Source of the DNA: Porticoccaceae bacterium
GTDB lineage: Bacteria > Pseudomonadota > Gammaproteobacteria > Pseudomonadales > Porticoccaceae
Assembly: GCA_050175615.1 (NCBI GenBank)
Contig: JBFXIU010000001.1
Coordinates: 547-64,546, forward strand
Reading direction: 5' to 3'
Length of the DNA: 64,000 nt
The position numbers and the translations under genes are program-made. This document shows positions 10,054-22,255 of this stretch, piece by piece. Numbering within the stretch: the first letter of the stretch is position 1; the number at the start of each line of letters is the position of its first letter. The notes below the pieces were generated by a model that was given only the letters and a program-made list of their open reading frames with translations, searched no databases and was not told the origin of the DNA.

Positions 10054-10371
10054 TTAGTAGTCCCGAGCCGTTGCTATAAACCGACTGAGGCGCTGTTCGA
10101 GCATTGCCGTTTTTCTCCGTTCGGCCTCGAGTTGTTCGAGAAGCTCCAAAGCGAGGGCGATTCCCGGCCAATCGATGTCAAAGTCGCGCTGAATTCGCAC
10201 CGCTTTGTGTACTCTGGTAACCATAGTGGCATCAAACTGCCAGTGAATGGGGGCATTGCCGCTGGGGTCGACAATGCCCTGATGGACGATTTCAATAATG
10301 TCCTCTTTGGATAACAGGGTGGCTCGACACAATTCTTCAACGCCTAAATAGTCTTCGCGGTGTTGGCTCAT
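10054..10371 (-). CDS. cbpM: Chaperone modulatory protein CbpM (MerR-like fold)
   Basis: It lies immediately downstream of cbpA with a TAATG overlap. DWPGIALALELLEQLE...LEQRLSRF resembles E. coli CbpM. An alternative start is at 10386. Confidence 0.8.
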   Translation of the reverse strand: MSQHREDYLGVEELCRATLLSKEDIIEIVHQGIVDPSGNAPIHWQFDATMVTRVHKAVRIQRDFDIDWPGIALALELLEQLEAERRKTAMLEQRLSRFIATARDY

Positions 10372-11327
10372 TAGCTGTTTCTCCATTCGGCGCGGGGATC
10401 AAAAGCCGCCTTGTCGGCCAGCTCCTGCCAGAGTTTATTGATGGCGGTGTCGGTCTTGGCGGGCATCACAATTTTGATGACGGCAAATAAATCACCATAG
10501 CTGCCATCTTTTTTAAGCAGCCCCTTGCCTTTAATGCGCAATCTCTGCCCGCCCTGGGTTCCGCGGGGAACGCTCAGGTTTATTTTTCCCGACAGGGTGG
10601 GCAGCTCAATCTTTGTGCCCAGAGCCGCTTCCCAGGGGCTTAGCGGCAGTGTAATGATCAAATTATGACCTTCAACATCAAACAGAGGGTGGGGCACCAG
10701 GCGAATGCGAAGGTAAAGATCACCGGCGGAGCCGCCGTCTGCGCCAGGGGCGCCCTGTCCCTTGAGGCGAATCCGTTCGCCGTCGTTAACACCGGCGGGA
10801 ATTTTGATTTTGAGATTCTTTGTTGCGCCACCGAGGTCATAAGCAATAGTCTTGGCGGTGTTTTCCAGGGTTTCTTCAAGAAAAATCGGCAGATCTGTTT
10901 CAATATCCTGGCCACGGCGACTGCCGCCATAGTGGAAATCATGGCTTTGTCGATGCCTGGAGGAGGCGCCGTCAAAACCGGCACTCGAAAAGCCCTGGCC
11001 AAAAATAGAAGAGAAAAACTCGGAAAAAACCCTGTCCTGATCGAAGGATTCCCCCGCACCCTCAGCGCCGGGTTGCCAGCCTGGCGGTGGTTTAAAGGAT
11101 TCGCTGCGGCGGCCGTATTTGCGAATTTCATCGTACTCGGCGCGTTTGTCCGCATGTTTTAAAACTTCATAAGCCTCGGCAACTTCCTTGAACTGGTTTT
11201 CGGCATCCTGGTGTTCGCTGACGTCCGGGTGATACTTGCGTGCCAGTTTTCTGTACGCAGATTTTATTTCTTTTGCATCGGCATCGGGTTTGACGCCGAG
11301 AATCTTGTAGTAATCTTTAAATTCCAT
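10371..11327 (-). CDS. cbpA: Curved-DNA-binding protein CbpA (DnaJ-class co-chaperone without zinc finger)
   Basis: J-domain DYYKILGV...[10 protein letters not shown], a G/F-like region and C-terminal DnaJ substrate-binding domains, with no CXXCXGXG repeats. It is paired with cbpM. Confidence 0.9.
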   Translation of the reverse strand: MEFKDYYKILGVKPDADAKEIKSAYRKLARKYHPDVSEHQDAENQFKEVAEAYEVLKHADKRAEYDEIRKYGRRSESFKPPPGWQPGAEGAGESFDQDRVFSEFFSSIFGQGFSSAGFDGASSRHRQSHDFHYGGSRRGQDIETDLPIFLEETLENTAKTIAYDLGGATKNLKIKIPAGVNDGERIRLKGQGAPGADGGSAGDLYLRIRLVPHPLFDVEGHNLIITLPLSPWEAALGTKIELPTLSGKINLSVPRGTQGGQRLRIKGKGLLKKDGSYGDLFAVIKIVMPAKTDTAINKLWQELADKAAFDPRAEWRNS

Positions 11328-11438
11328 ATACCTATTGCCTGTTGTGGGCGATTCTATGGGTCGAGAGTGCTGACTTTTTACAGTGGCGCCAAAGGGTTTG
11401 TTGGCATCACAACAAAGAGCCGTTCAAGACTATAGCGG

Positions 11439-13100
11439 TTAAGACTGTAACATCGGTGCTCTGCTCTCCAGTATACATATCCTGTTGCGACCACTGTGCT
11501 TGGCTTTATAGAGCGCCATGTCGACATTTCTGAGGAGCTGGTCGATATTTTCACCCTTTACCATGGTGATAACGCCACCGCTCAGTGTCAGCGTGAATGA
11601 TCTATTTCTGTAGGTTATCGGGGTTGCCGCTGTTTCCATTCGAATCCGCTCGGCAAGGTGAAAGGCTTCTTCGCTGGAAGTGTTAAGGCAGACCATGGCA
11701 AATTCCTCCCCGCCGATACGCGCGGCGATTTCACCGGAGCGGGTATGTTTTTTGAAAATTTTTCCGACCTGGCGAAGCGCTTCATCGCCGGCGCCATGTC
11801 CGTACTGATCGTTGACGTCCTTGAAAAAATCGATATCGAGGCTGATCAGCGTCAGAGGAATAGCATTGCGCTCGGCATAGCCCATATCGCGGGCGAGCTG
11901 TTCAAAAAAGTAGCGGTGGTTGGGCAGCCCGGTGAGCACATCGGTTCTCGCCTCCTGCTCGGCGCGCAGTTTTTCCCGCTTGAGTTCGCGAGTGCTGGTA
12001 TTCACCTGATTTTTAAGCCTCAGCATATGGAGAATCATAAATATTCCGGCAAAGGCTGCGGCGCCGACGCCAAGTGCAATCCTGTACTTGTTGAGAGCCT
12101 CATTCAGGGTTAGCTCGCTGTCGGCATCATAGAGAAAATCAGCCATATTCACCCTGTTGCTAAATAATCCCTGGGCAATAAATTTGGCTTCGATGCGTTG
12201 CCAGCGTTCCTCATTCATATAGCCCACGGGAACCACATTGGGCAATATCAATTTTTTGGCTTCCTCCGCCTCAAATAAGAGATGTTCGCGGGATTTGTTT
12301 TGAGAGTTGTATTTTTCAATGATGAGATCAACGACAGTTTCAGGGTTTTCCAGGGCATAAACCCAACCCTTTAAGGTGGCGGCGCGAAAATCCGCCACCA
12401 TTTCTGGCGAGTGAGCAAGCACGGCCTCACTGGTAATCAAAATATCACCATAGAAATCGACGCCATAATCCAGTGGCGCAAAGCTAATGAACGGAATGCC
12501 CCGCTGGTTGAGAAGATAGGGTTCGTTGGTGGTGTAGCCATTGTAGGCGTCAATATCGCCGTCGATCAAAGCCTGTAATGTGGTTTCCGCGGGCACCAGT
12601 TGAAAATCATCACTGCTAATGCCGGCTTCGTGCAAGGTCGCCATAAGCTCCGCATTGAGATAACCTCCGGCGAGCATGATTTTTTTGTTTTTCAAGTCGC
12701 TCAAATGGCTGATACCTTTGTCACCACGGCTGATAAGGATGGAGGGCGAATTTTGGAAAATGACTGCGAGGGCAATCAGCGGTACACCTGTTGACCTGTA
12801 AATCAGCGCCCCGGAATCGGCAACGGCAAAGTCGACCCGCCCGCCAATGAGCTGGTCAATGGGTGTCAGCGCAGGGGTGTATTCAATAAGGGAGACATCG
12901 AGACCGGCACGCCGATAATAGCCGTTTTCGATGGCGGCATAATAACCGGCAAACTGAAACTGGTGCGCCCATTTCAACTGTACGCGAACAGGTCGCAATG
13001 GTTCACTCGAAGCGTCGCCGTTACCGCCATCAGCCCAGGCGAGCTGGCAGGCTACAGCGAGAGTCAGTATCCAATATAAACAGGCTTTGAACATCATCAT
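11439..13100 (-). CDS. Diguanylate cyclase with periplasmic NMT1/SsuA-like solute-binding sensor domain
   Basis: Signal peptide MMMFKACLYWILTLAVACQLAWA, a roughly 300-aa periplasmic binding-protein-like domain, one TM segment, a coiled coil, then GGDEF (RIGGEEFAM, I-site-like RSGE). The ORF frame extends to 13169. Confidence 0.85.
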   Translation of the reverse strand: MMMFKACLYWILTLAVACQLAWADGGNGDASSEPLRPVRVQLKWAHQFQFAGYYAAIENGYYRRAGLDVSLIEYTPALTPIDQLIGGRVDFAVADSGALIYRSTGVPLIALAVIFQNSPSILISRGDKGISHLSDLKNKKIMLAGGYLNAELMATLHEAGISSDDFQLVPAETTLQALIDGDIDAYNGYTTNEPYLLNQRGIPFISFAPLDYGVDFYGDILITSEAVLAHSPEMVADFRAATLKGWVYALENPETVVDLIIEKYNSQNKSREHLLFEAEEAKKLILPNVVPVGYMNEERWQRIEAKFIAQGLFSNRVNMADFLYDADSELTLNEALNKYRIALGVGAAAFAGIFMILHMLRLKNQVNTSTRELKREKLRAEQEARTDVLTGLPNHRYFFEQLARDMGYAERNAIPLTLISLDIDFFKDVNDQYGHGAGDEALRQVGKIFKKHTRSGEIAARIGGEEFAMVCLNTSSEEAFHLAERIRMETAATPITYRNRSFTLTLSGGVITMVKGENIDQLLRNVDMALYKAKHSGRNRICILESRAPMLQS

Positions 13101-13680
13101 TATTGACAGTTCGTTGGCAACACCGGTGTCAAAGCCACCCTGAATGTCGCCGAGGCGACTCGGGCGCATGTCAGTATAAAGCCGTTAAACAGCGTTTGAA
13201 AACGCCAGGTGACCTCTTAACTGTAGCAGACTCTTTAGAGGAAGCTCAGATTAATTCTGTTTTCGTCACTACCGTGCAGGCGCACTACTGTCCGCAATAA
13301 ATAGAGGCTGCTTTCCTTAAGCCTGAAATAGTAAGGAGGTTGAGTGGTTCTGAGCACCTCGAGACTTAAACGAAAGCTGTCGTTCCTGCCTTCGCAGAAA
13401 TGACGGCGCGAAATATTCCGGACAGTAGTGCGCCTGCGCGGGAATCACATTCATCAGAGTTTCCTGTATTCCATGGCGACAAATTTCTGCAGCGCAATTT
13501 CCGCCATTTTCACCCCCAGCATCAACAGATTGCGCATCAGCACAGTGGTCAGGCTGGTTGTGCTGCGCAACAGAGGTTCCCTAAGCATCGTCAAACTGAT
13601 TCCTGCCGACAATAAACACTTTGCGACTTCTGGTGCGCCTAGGTATCCTCTGCGCGGTATGCTTTGTTCGGGAACAGGTT

Positions 13681-14970
13681 TTGCCAAGAATCCTTTACAG
13701 TTTGTTTTTTTATTTACTGATGCCCTTTGTCTGCCTGCGCCTGTTTTGGCGGGGGCGGCTTGTACCCGGTTATCGCGACCGCTGGCAGGAGCGCTTTGGC
13801 TTTATTCCTCCGCTGAGCGACGCCGACGGCGAGGTTGGCAGGGATGTTATCTGGGTGCACGCCGTGTCTGTGGGTGAAACCATGGCTGCAGTGCCATTGA
13901 TCCGCCGCCTGCAAACGCTCTATCCCGACTATCTGATCGCTGTCACCACGTCCACCCCCACGGGTTCCGAGCGGGTAAAGGCGCTGCTGGGCGACAGCGT
14001 TTACCATTGTTACGCCCCTTACGACACGCCGGGCGCAGTGTCGCGCTTTCTTAATACCTTAAAGCCTAAAATTCTGATCATCAAGGAAACGGAATTGTGG
14101 CCGAATATTATCCACGGCTGCTATCGCCGCAATATTCCCGTATTGCTCGCCAATGCCCGGCTGTCGGCAAGGTCGGCTGACGGCTATCGCCGTTTTTCCA
14201 TACTCGCCAAGCCAATGTTGGCGGAGCTGGCGATGGTGGCAGCCCAGCACAAGGACGACTGCCGGCGCTTTTTGTCACTGGGACTGGCGGAGGCCAGGGT
14301 TCAGGTGACTGGCAATATCAAGTTCGATCTGGAAATTACCGCCGCACAACGCCAGCAGGCGGCCAATCTTGGCCGACAATGGCAGCAAGGGATCAGGCCT
14401 ATATGGTTGGTTGCCAGCACCCACAAGGGCGAGGATGAGCTAATTCTGCAGGCGTTTCGAGGAATACTTGCCAAGTACCCGAAGACCCTGTTAGTGCTGG
14501 TGCCCCGCCACCCCGATCGTTTTGATCAGGTGGCGGCGCTGTGCCGCGCTGAGGGGTTTGCTGTGGCGCGCCGGGGCAAGGGTCAGCAGCCGGCTCTTGA
14601 GACCCAGGTATTGCTAGGCGATACCATGGGGGAGTTGCCCCTGTTTTTTGGCGCCAGTGATGTGGCTTTTGTCGGCGGCAGTTTGGTGCCCGTGGGTGGG
14701 CACAATTTGATGGAGCCGGCAGCCTGGGGCATTCCAGTGCTCTCGGGGCGCCATTTGTTCAATTTTGCCGAAGCCTCCGCCCTGCTCATTGAGCGAGGCG
14801 GGCTTGAAATTTGCTGTACGCCTAAAGAAATCGCTGCAGCGGTGATTCGGCTTCTCGCTGATCGGGATCTCTGCCGGCAGCAGGGCGCGGCGGCTCTCGC
14901 CGTAGTTGAAGCCAACCGCGGCGCCATGGCCAGGCTGCTGGCCATTATTGAACAATTATTGGCGCGATAA
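13681..14970 (+). CDS. waaA: 3-deoxy-D-manno-octulosonic acid (Kdo) transferase
   Basis: ILYSLFFYLLMPFVCLRLFWRGR...YRDRWQERFG, WVHAVSVGE and GGSLVPVGGHNLMEPAA are characteristic of WaaA/KdtA. A TTG at 13681 aligns with the E. coli N-terminus. The ORF is open from 13621. Confidence 0.88.
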   Translation: MPRILYSLFFYLLMPFVCLRLFWRGRLVPGYRDRWQERFGFIPPLSDADGEVGRDVIWVHAVSVGETMAAVPLIRRLQTLYPDYLIAVTTSTPTGSERVKALLGDSVYHCYAPYDTPGAVSRFLNTLKPKILIIKETELWPNIIHGCYRRNIPVLLANARLSARSADGYRRFSILAKPMLAELAMVAAQHKDDCRRFLSLGLAEARVQVTGNIKFDLEITAAQRQQAANLGRQWQQGIRPIWLVASTHKGEDELILQAFRGILAKYPKTLLVLVPRHPDRFDQVAALCRAEGFAVARRGKGQQPALETQVLLGDTMGELPLFFGASDVAFVGGSLVPVGGHNLMEPAAWGIPVLSGRHLFNFAEASALLIERGGLEICCTPKEIAAAVIRLLADRDLCRQQGAAALAVVEANRGAMARLLAIIEQLLAR

Positions 14971-16456
14971 CCTTGCTGGGGTCGACCCAGGCATTCAATT
15001 GATAGATGTCGTCAGGGCTTAGCTGTCCTGCCACCAGCTTCAGGTTCAGGCTGCTGCTGATGTAGGTGTAGCGGGCGTTGGCGTAATTGCGTTGCGCCTG
15101 GTGGAGGTTGCGCTCGGCAAAGAGGACATCGACGATGTTGCGTGTGCCGACCTCATAACCGGCACGGGTGGCTTCCAGGGCGCTCTCGGCGGATTTGATC
15201 GACTGCGCCAGAGCCTTCACTGTGGCGGCAGCGGTGATCACATTCAAATGGGCGGTTCTCGCCTGCTGGGTGGTGTTGCGCAGCATGTAGCTGGCGGTTT
15301 CGTCGGCTTCGGCATACTGCTGATAGGCCTGGCGGCGCTGGGCGCTCACCAGGCCGCCAGTGAAAATCGGCACATTGAGGCGAACGCTGAGGACATGGGT
15401 TTGATCGTCACTGCTCGACGGTGTGTTAATGGGCGCGCCCAGTAGATTTTGGCCGCTGAATTCTTTGTCGAAATCCGTATCTGCATAGCTGTAGGCGCCA
15501 GTAACCGTGGGCAGGTGCTCCATTTTTCGAGCTTCGGCGTTCTCCCGTGCTGCGTCGCGACCCTGTTGGGAAATTTTCAGTTGCAGGTTATTGGCCAGCG
15601 CCAACTGTACCCATTCTTCTCGGGAGGCGTCCGGCGGCAGAACGGGAAAGCTTCCCGCAAGGCCAGCCAGTTGGCTGTGGGGTTGACCGGTGAGCACCTC
15701 AAGGCCTTCAAAAGCAACCCGCAAGCCGCCTTCCAGTACCAGAGTATTGACGCTGGCATCGTCAAACGCCGCCTGGGCTTCGTGGACGTCGGTAATTGGC
15801 AGCAAGCCAACTTCGTAACGCTGCCGGGTCTGCTCCAGCTGGCGGCCAATAGCCTGTTGTTCGGCAATGGCGCTGGTGAGATTTTCGCTGGCGCGAAGCA
15901 CATTAAAGTAGGCGTCGGTGACGCGAATAATCAACTCCTGTTGCGCTGCGGCAAAGGAGAGCCGAGCCTGCTCCGACACCGTTTTGCCCTGCTTGAAGTC
16001 ATACCAGGCAGGGAGATTGAACAGGGGCTGCTCAATACTGATGCCGAAACTGGTTTGGTCGGCATCGCCGTCGCCCCTGGTGCCGGAGTTCACTTCCAGG
16101 CCGTCGAGCACAAACACCGACGAGGAGCTTTCTTCAGAATCCAGTTCGCTGTATTCCGCCGATGCGGAGATTTGCGGCAGCAGTCCGGCGCGGCCAATAT
16201 TGGCAGATTCCTTGCCTGCCAGATAGGCGGCATTGGCTGCCCGCAACTGGGGGTCATTGTTGAGGGCGAGATCGTAGATTTCGGTGAGGGTTTCCGAAAA
16301 ACCGCTCACCGGCAGCGCCAGAAACAGGGCAAAGCTGAGGTTGCGCGCCAATTGATTCAGAGGGTTGGCGGATTGTTGCGGTTTAGCAGGGGTCTGGTGT
16401 TTAGCAGATTTCATGGTTCTGTGACGTCTCATGGTTTTCTCAAATGCCTCGTGCAC
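14945..16456 (-). CDS. tolC: Outer membrane channel TolC
   Basis: TolC-type repeats (LTEIYDLALNNDPQLRAA..., tandem OEP halves) and the conserved position upstream of nudF. The start is ambiguous (GTG 16456, ATG 16432 or 16414). Confidence 0.88.
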   Translation of the reverse strand: MHEAFEKTMRRHRTMKSAKHQTPAKPQQSANPLNQLARNLSFALFLALPVSGFSETLTEIYDLALNNDPQLRAANAAYLAGKESANIGRAGLLPQISASAEYSELDSEESSSSVFVLDGLEVNSGTRGDGDADQTSFGISIEQPLFNLPAWYDFKQGKTVSEQARLSFAAAQQELIIRVTDAYFNVLRASENLTSAIAEQQAIGRQLEQTRQRYEVGLLPITDVHEAQAAFDDASVNTLVLEGGLRVAFEGLEVLTGQPHSQLAGLAGSFPVLPPDASREEWVQLALANNLQLKISQQGRDAARENAEARKMEHLPTVTGAYSYADTDFDKEFSGQNLLGAPINTPSSSDDQTHVLSVRLNVPIFTGGLVSAQRRQAYQQYAEADETASYMLRNTTQQARTAHLNVITAAATVKALAQSIKSAESALEATRAGYEVGTRNIVDVLFAERNLHQAQRNYANARYTYISSSLNLKLVAGQLSPDDIYQLNAWVDPSKVIAPIIVQ

Positions 16457-16695
16457 GATGTCTTATGACCGCCGTCCCTGACCTGGAATTCATACACTTG
16501 TCGACAGCCCAGGTTGGCTGATGTGTCTTCTGATTGTAAAAGAGGCAGGCGAACGGATGCTGGAGAGCCAATCATAAAGGGTAAACAGCCAGGATCATAC
16601 CCCAAATGCTTCTCTTGGTTTTCCGCTTTTACATACTCTTACCTATGGCGTATGGTTTCGCCTTTGACAGCTGCGCTTTAAATACAGGGGCAATA

Positions 16696-17313
16696 ATGTT
16701 TGGCAAGCCGCGCTTTTCCCGCGAGGATGTGGAGATTCTCGCCGAGAATGTTCTCTACAAAGGTTTTTTCAGTATGCTGGGCTACAGGCTTCGCCACCGT
16801 CTTTTTAACGGCGGCTGGGGAAAGCCCATTTCCCGCGAGCTGTTCTGGCGACCCCAGGCGGTGGGCGTGCTCGTTTACGACCCCGGCAACGATCTGGTGG
16901 GTCTTGTCGAACAGTTCCGCATCGGCGCTCTGGAGCATGCTCGCGGACCCTGGCTGCTGGAGGTGGTTGCGGGACTGGTGGAGCCTGGAGAAAATCTCGA
17001 AGAGGTTGCCCACAGAGAACTGGCGGAAGAAGCGGGTTTGTGCGCCGAAAAGCTCATTCCCATTCACGATGTTCTGCTCACCCCCGGCGGCAGCAATGAG
17101 CGCATTGCGCTCTATTGTGGTCTGGCCAATCTCGCCGGCAAAGAAGGCATTTTTGGCCTGCCGGAAGAGGGGGAGGATATTCGCCTCCACGTGGTCAGCA
17201 GGGCACAGGCGCTGGAGGCGCTAAAAAACGGGGATTGCGACAATGCGCCCCTGACCATTGCGTTGCAGTGGCTGGCATTGCATTATGACGATATTGCCAC
17301 TGGTGTTCTGTAG
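16696..17313 (+). CDS. nudF: ADP-ribose pyrophosphatase (Nudix)
   Basis: Nudix box GLVEPGENLEEVAHRELAEEAGL and tolC-nudF synteny. ATG at 16696. Confidence 0.88.
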   Translation: MFGKPRFSREDVEILAENVLYKGFFSMLGYRLRHRLFNGGWGKPISRELFWRPQAVGVLVYDPGNDLVGLVEQFRIGALEHARGPWLLEVVAGLVEPGENLEEVAHRELAEEAGLCAEKLIPIHDVLLTPGGSNERIALYCGLANLAGKEGIFGLPEEGEDIRLHVVSRAQALEALKNGDCDNAPLTIALQWLALHYDDIATGVL

Positions 17314-17381
17314 CTGGTTCGCGGCTTCCCTGTTGGCAGGGTTTTAAATGGCGGCGATGCCGGCAGTAAAAAGAGGGTGAA

Positions 17382-17828
17382 GTGTTGCGTTATAAGGTTG
17401 ATCTGAAAGCATTTATGGCGGATTGCGAGGCGAATTACTATCGCCTGCGCCAGCTTGTCCCCCGCTTTGATGATCTCGATCGCTTTCAGCTAGGCCTGCC
17501 CGGCAGCCACCGGGTCATCATGACGCTGGATGTTATTGAGCGCACGCCCTACACCTCCCTGGTGGAAATTAGCCAGCAGGGGGCTGCAGGTTTGACAGAA
17601 TGGCTGCCAGAACCTTCGCTGAAAGTTCGACTCTATCACGATGCGCGCCTCGCCGAAGTGGTACATTGTGCCGGTAGACGCAACCCCAGAGCCCGTTATC
17701 TGTATCCCAATGAAGAGATGTTGCAGCCGGATGAAAAAGCCCAGTGGAACCGTTTTCTGTCGGAATGGCTGTCACTGGCCATCGACCACGGTTTTGTGGC
17801 GGACATGCCTTGCGAATTTGTCGGCTGA
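17382..17828 (+). CDS. DUF1249 family protein (YqiB-like)
   Basis: Its size and its position between nudF and cpdA match E. coli yqiB. FMADCEANYYRLRQL is typical of the family. Confidence 0.75.
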   Translation: MLRYKVDLKAFMADCEANYYRLRQLVPRFDDLDRFQLGLPGSHRVIMTLDVIERTPYTSLVEISQQGAAGLTEWLPEPSLKVRLYHDARLAEVVHCAGRRNPRARYLYPNEEMLQPDEKAQWNRFLSEWLSLAIDHGFVADMPCEFVG

Positions 17829-17863
17829 TCATGGCATCCATCAATTACTAGAAGAACAATAAC

Positions 17864-18688
17864 GTGGATATTTTGGCCAGCCAGGGGGCAGAGCACAGAG
17901 CGAACGGGATGGTTCGCATCGTTCAGATCACTGACTGCCATCTGGGGCCTCAGGTAGACTATCGGCTTGCGGGAGTGAGGACGCTCGGCAGTTTTGAGGA
18001 AGTTCTGCAGCGTGTGGTGAAAGATTCTCCTCCGCCCGAAATGGTGGTCGTCAGCGGCGATATCGCCGCCCACGGCTCCAGGGTTGCTTATGATCACTTT
18101 AGCCAGCGAATGGCTGAATCCAAATTGACCTATAGCTGGCTGGCGGGTAACCACGACGATTTCGCCATGATGTCAGCCATTCCCCAGCTGCCCGTCTATG
18201 CGCCCGTGCAGATTCTGGGAGCCTGGCGTATTATCAGCCTCAATACGGCGGTACCCCACCGAGTGGGCGGGCGGCTGGCCGAGGAGGAGCTGGAATTTCT
18301 CGCCCTGGCATTGGCGGAACAGAATGATCACCCTGTTGCTCTGTTTATGCACCACCCCCCCATGGATGTGGGTTGTCGCTGGCTCGATCGCCAGCAGGTC
18401 GCCAACGGTGGAGCCTTAGCGGAAATTGTCCGTTCCTGCGCCAATGTCAAAGGGATTTTCACCGGCCATGTCCACCAGCAGGCCAGCCTCGAATTTGCCG
18501 GGGTTCCCCTGTATTGTACGCCCTCGACCTGCTTCCAGTTCGCCGCCCATCAGGACGACTTTGCCCTTGCCGACCTGCCGCCGGGTTATCGCTGGATCAA
18601 TCTTTGTGACGATGGCAGTATCGATACGGGCGTTATCTACATCGAAGACACCAGAGAAAAGGTCGATGTCGGGGTGAAAGGTTACTGA
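17864..18688 (+). CDS. cpdA: 3',5'-cyclic-AMP phosphodiesterase (calcineurin-like metallophosphoesterase)
   Basis: Metallophosphoesterase motifs (QITDCHLG, VSGDIA, GNHD, MHHPP, GHVH) and synteny. The start could be GTG 17864 or ATG 17909. Confidence 0.88.
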   Translation: MDILASQGAEHRANGMVRIVQITDCHLGPQVDYRLAGVRTLGSFEEVLQRVVKDSPPPEMVVVSGDIAAHGSRVAYDHFSQRMAESKLTYSWLAGNHDDFAMMSAIPQLPVYAPVQILGAWRIISLNTAVPHRVGGRLAEEELEFLALALAEQNDHPVALFMHHPPMDVGCRWLDRQQVANGGALAEIVRSCANVKGIFTGHVHQQASLEFAGVPLYCTPSTCFQFAAHQDDFALADLPPGYRWINLCDDGSIDTGVIYIEDTREKVDVGVKGY

Positions 18689-18746
18689 TTTTCTCTATAA
18701 TCCCCGGCAACCTAACCCATTATTGACATAACGGTTGATACATTTC

Positions 18747-19316
18747 ATGCACCTTCTCTATCTACACGGTTATAACAGCTCTCCCGATTCCACCAAGGCG
18801 CGCCAGCTGCAAGCCTGGTTGGCCAGGGAACACCCAAATATCGAGTATGTCTGCCCGTTTCAAAGCCCCTTTGCCGACAAGATTGGCGAGCAGCTCCTCG
18901 ATGTCAGCAAGGATTTCGACTGGTCAAACACCCTGGTGATTGGCAGCTCCATGGGCGGTTTTTTTGCCACCTGGCTGGCGGAGAAGTTCGCCTGCAAGGC
19001 GGTGTTGATCAATCCCGCCGTGCGCCCCTGGGAGGCGGTGGAGGATCTGGCTGGCACCCAGACCAATTACCACACTGGCGAAACCTTTATTCTGACCGAG
19101 CAGGATGTCAACGATTTTCGCCACTACGGTGTCGATACCATCAGCCACCCCGAAAATCTGTGGGTATTGCTGCAAACCGCCGATGAGGTTCTCGACTACC
19201 GCAAGGCGGAGTCGTTTTACAAAGGCTGCCGACTAACCATCGAAGAGGGCGGCGACCACAGTTTTCAGGGTTTTGAGCGCTTTTTTTCCGATATTATCCG
19301 TTTTTGGAAGCCATAA
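18747..19316 (+). CDS. yqiA: YqiA-family esterase (alpha/beta hydrolase)
   Basis: MHLLYLHGYNSSPDSTKA and the nucleophile elbow IGSSMGG. It lies immediately upstream of parE, as in E. coli. Confidence 0.85.
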   Translation: MHLLYLHGYNSSPDSTKARQLQAWLAREHPNIEYVCPFQSPFADKIGEQLLDVSKDFDWSNTLVIGSSMGGFFATWLAEKFACKAVLINPAVRPWEAVEDLAGTQTNYHTGETFILTEQDVNDFRHYGVDTISHPENLWVLLQTADEVLDYRKAESFYKGCRLTIEEGGDHSFQGFERFFSDIIRFWKP

Positions 19317-21218
<1,902 letters not shown>

Positions 21219-21265
21219 TTGTAATTCGGCAACTCAACGTTCTGGCCGGTGAGCCAGTTGTTGCG

Positions 21266-22162
21266 ATGAATAGCAGAGAACCCTTAAATATTCCGGACAG
21301 GACAGATGCCCTGGTGGTGGCGCTGGATGACGCCATGAAAATCCATTGGGCATGGTCGCGGAAAATACTCCATTATCTGCTGCTCGATGAAAAGCCTGAA
21401 GAGGATGTGGTTGCTGAGGATGCTCATCGGCACTGCCGGTTTTCTGGCTGTCTTGCAGAACTCAATGACCAGCTGCGGGTGCTGAATGCAGTAAAACTAA
21501 CAGAACTGTTGTCGGTTCATGAAAATTTACATGCCTTTGTGAGAGGTCTCTACCATAAAATAGTCAGCGGCGAAAAAGTCACAGCAACAGACTTGAATAA
21601 TATTGATTGTGCCCATCAGCAGATTTTAGAGTTGCTGTCGGAATTTAAAACCCAGGCAGTGCTGGCTCATAACAGTATCGATGAATTGACCGGGCTGCCC
21701 ACGCGAAAATTTCTTTGCAAAGATTTTTTGCAATTTCAGAAGCTCTGTTCACGGCATCAATCCTTGCACGCACTGATGATGGTAGACGTGGATCATTTTA
21801 AAAGAATCAACGATACCTACGGACATTTGGCCGGCGACCGGGTTCTTAAACAGTTGGCTGAAGTGATGGCGTCGGCACTGAGGGAGAGTGACAGAGTTTA
21901 CAGATTCGGCGGTGAGGAATTTGTGGTTCAGTCAGAAACCAATGACCGGGAAGGCATTGCTGTCGCTGCGAACAGATTGCGCAGAGCTGTGGCAGGTTGC
22001 AATCTTGATCTCGAAAAGAACGGGCACGAATTTATTACCATTACCCTGGGTGTAACGCTCGCGCATCCAAGCGATACGCTTGATGCAGTGATAAGCAGGG
22101 CAGATCAAGCGCTCTACAAGGGCAAGGAACAGGGTCGTAATTGTGTGGTGTTTGGCGATTAA
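21266..22162 (+). CDS. Diguanylate cyclase with N-terminal CZB (chemoreceptor zinc-binding)-like domain, DgcZ-like
   Basis: GGDEF domain (RFGGEEFVV). The N-terminus fits the CZB pattern H-x2-W (IHWAW), then 26 residues, then C-R-F-S-G-C-L, then 21 residues, then HENLH (HxxxH). Confidence 0.75.
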   Translation: MNSREPLNIPDRTDALVVALDDAMKIHWAWSRKILHYLLLDEKPEEDVVAEDAHRHCRFSGCLAELNDQLRVLNAVKLTELLSVHENLHAFVRGLYHKIVSGEKVTATDLNNIDCAHQQILELLSEFKTQAVLAHNSIDELTGLPTRKFLCKDFLQFQKLCSRHQSLHALMMVDVDHFKRINDTYGHLAGDRVLKQLAEVMASALRESDRVYRFGGEEFVVQSETNDREGIAVAANRLRRAVAGCNLDLEKNGHEFITITLGVTLAHPSDTLDAVISRADQALYKGKEQGRNCVVFGD

Positions 22163-22255
22163 TGCCATTGCAGCCCGTCACCACTGACAATAATTTAGGC
22201 TTTTGGCTTGCAGTAGATAGGCAGGCTGAAATTATTCGCTAATGGTTAATGTTGG

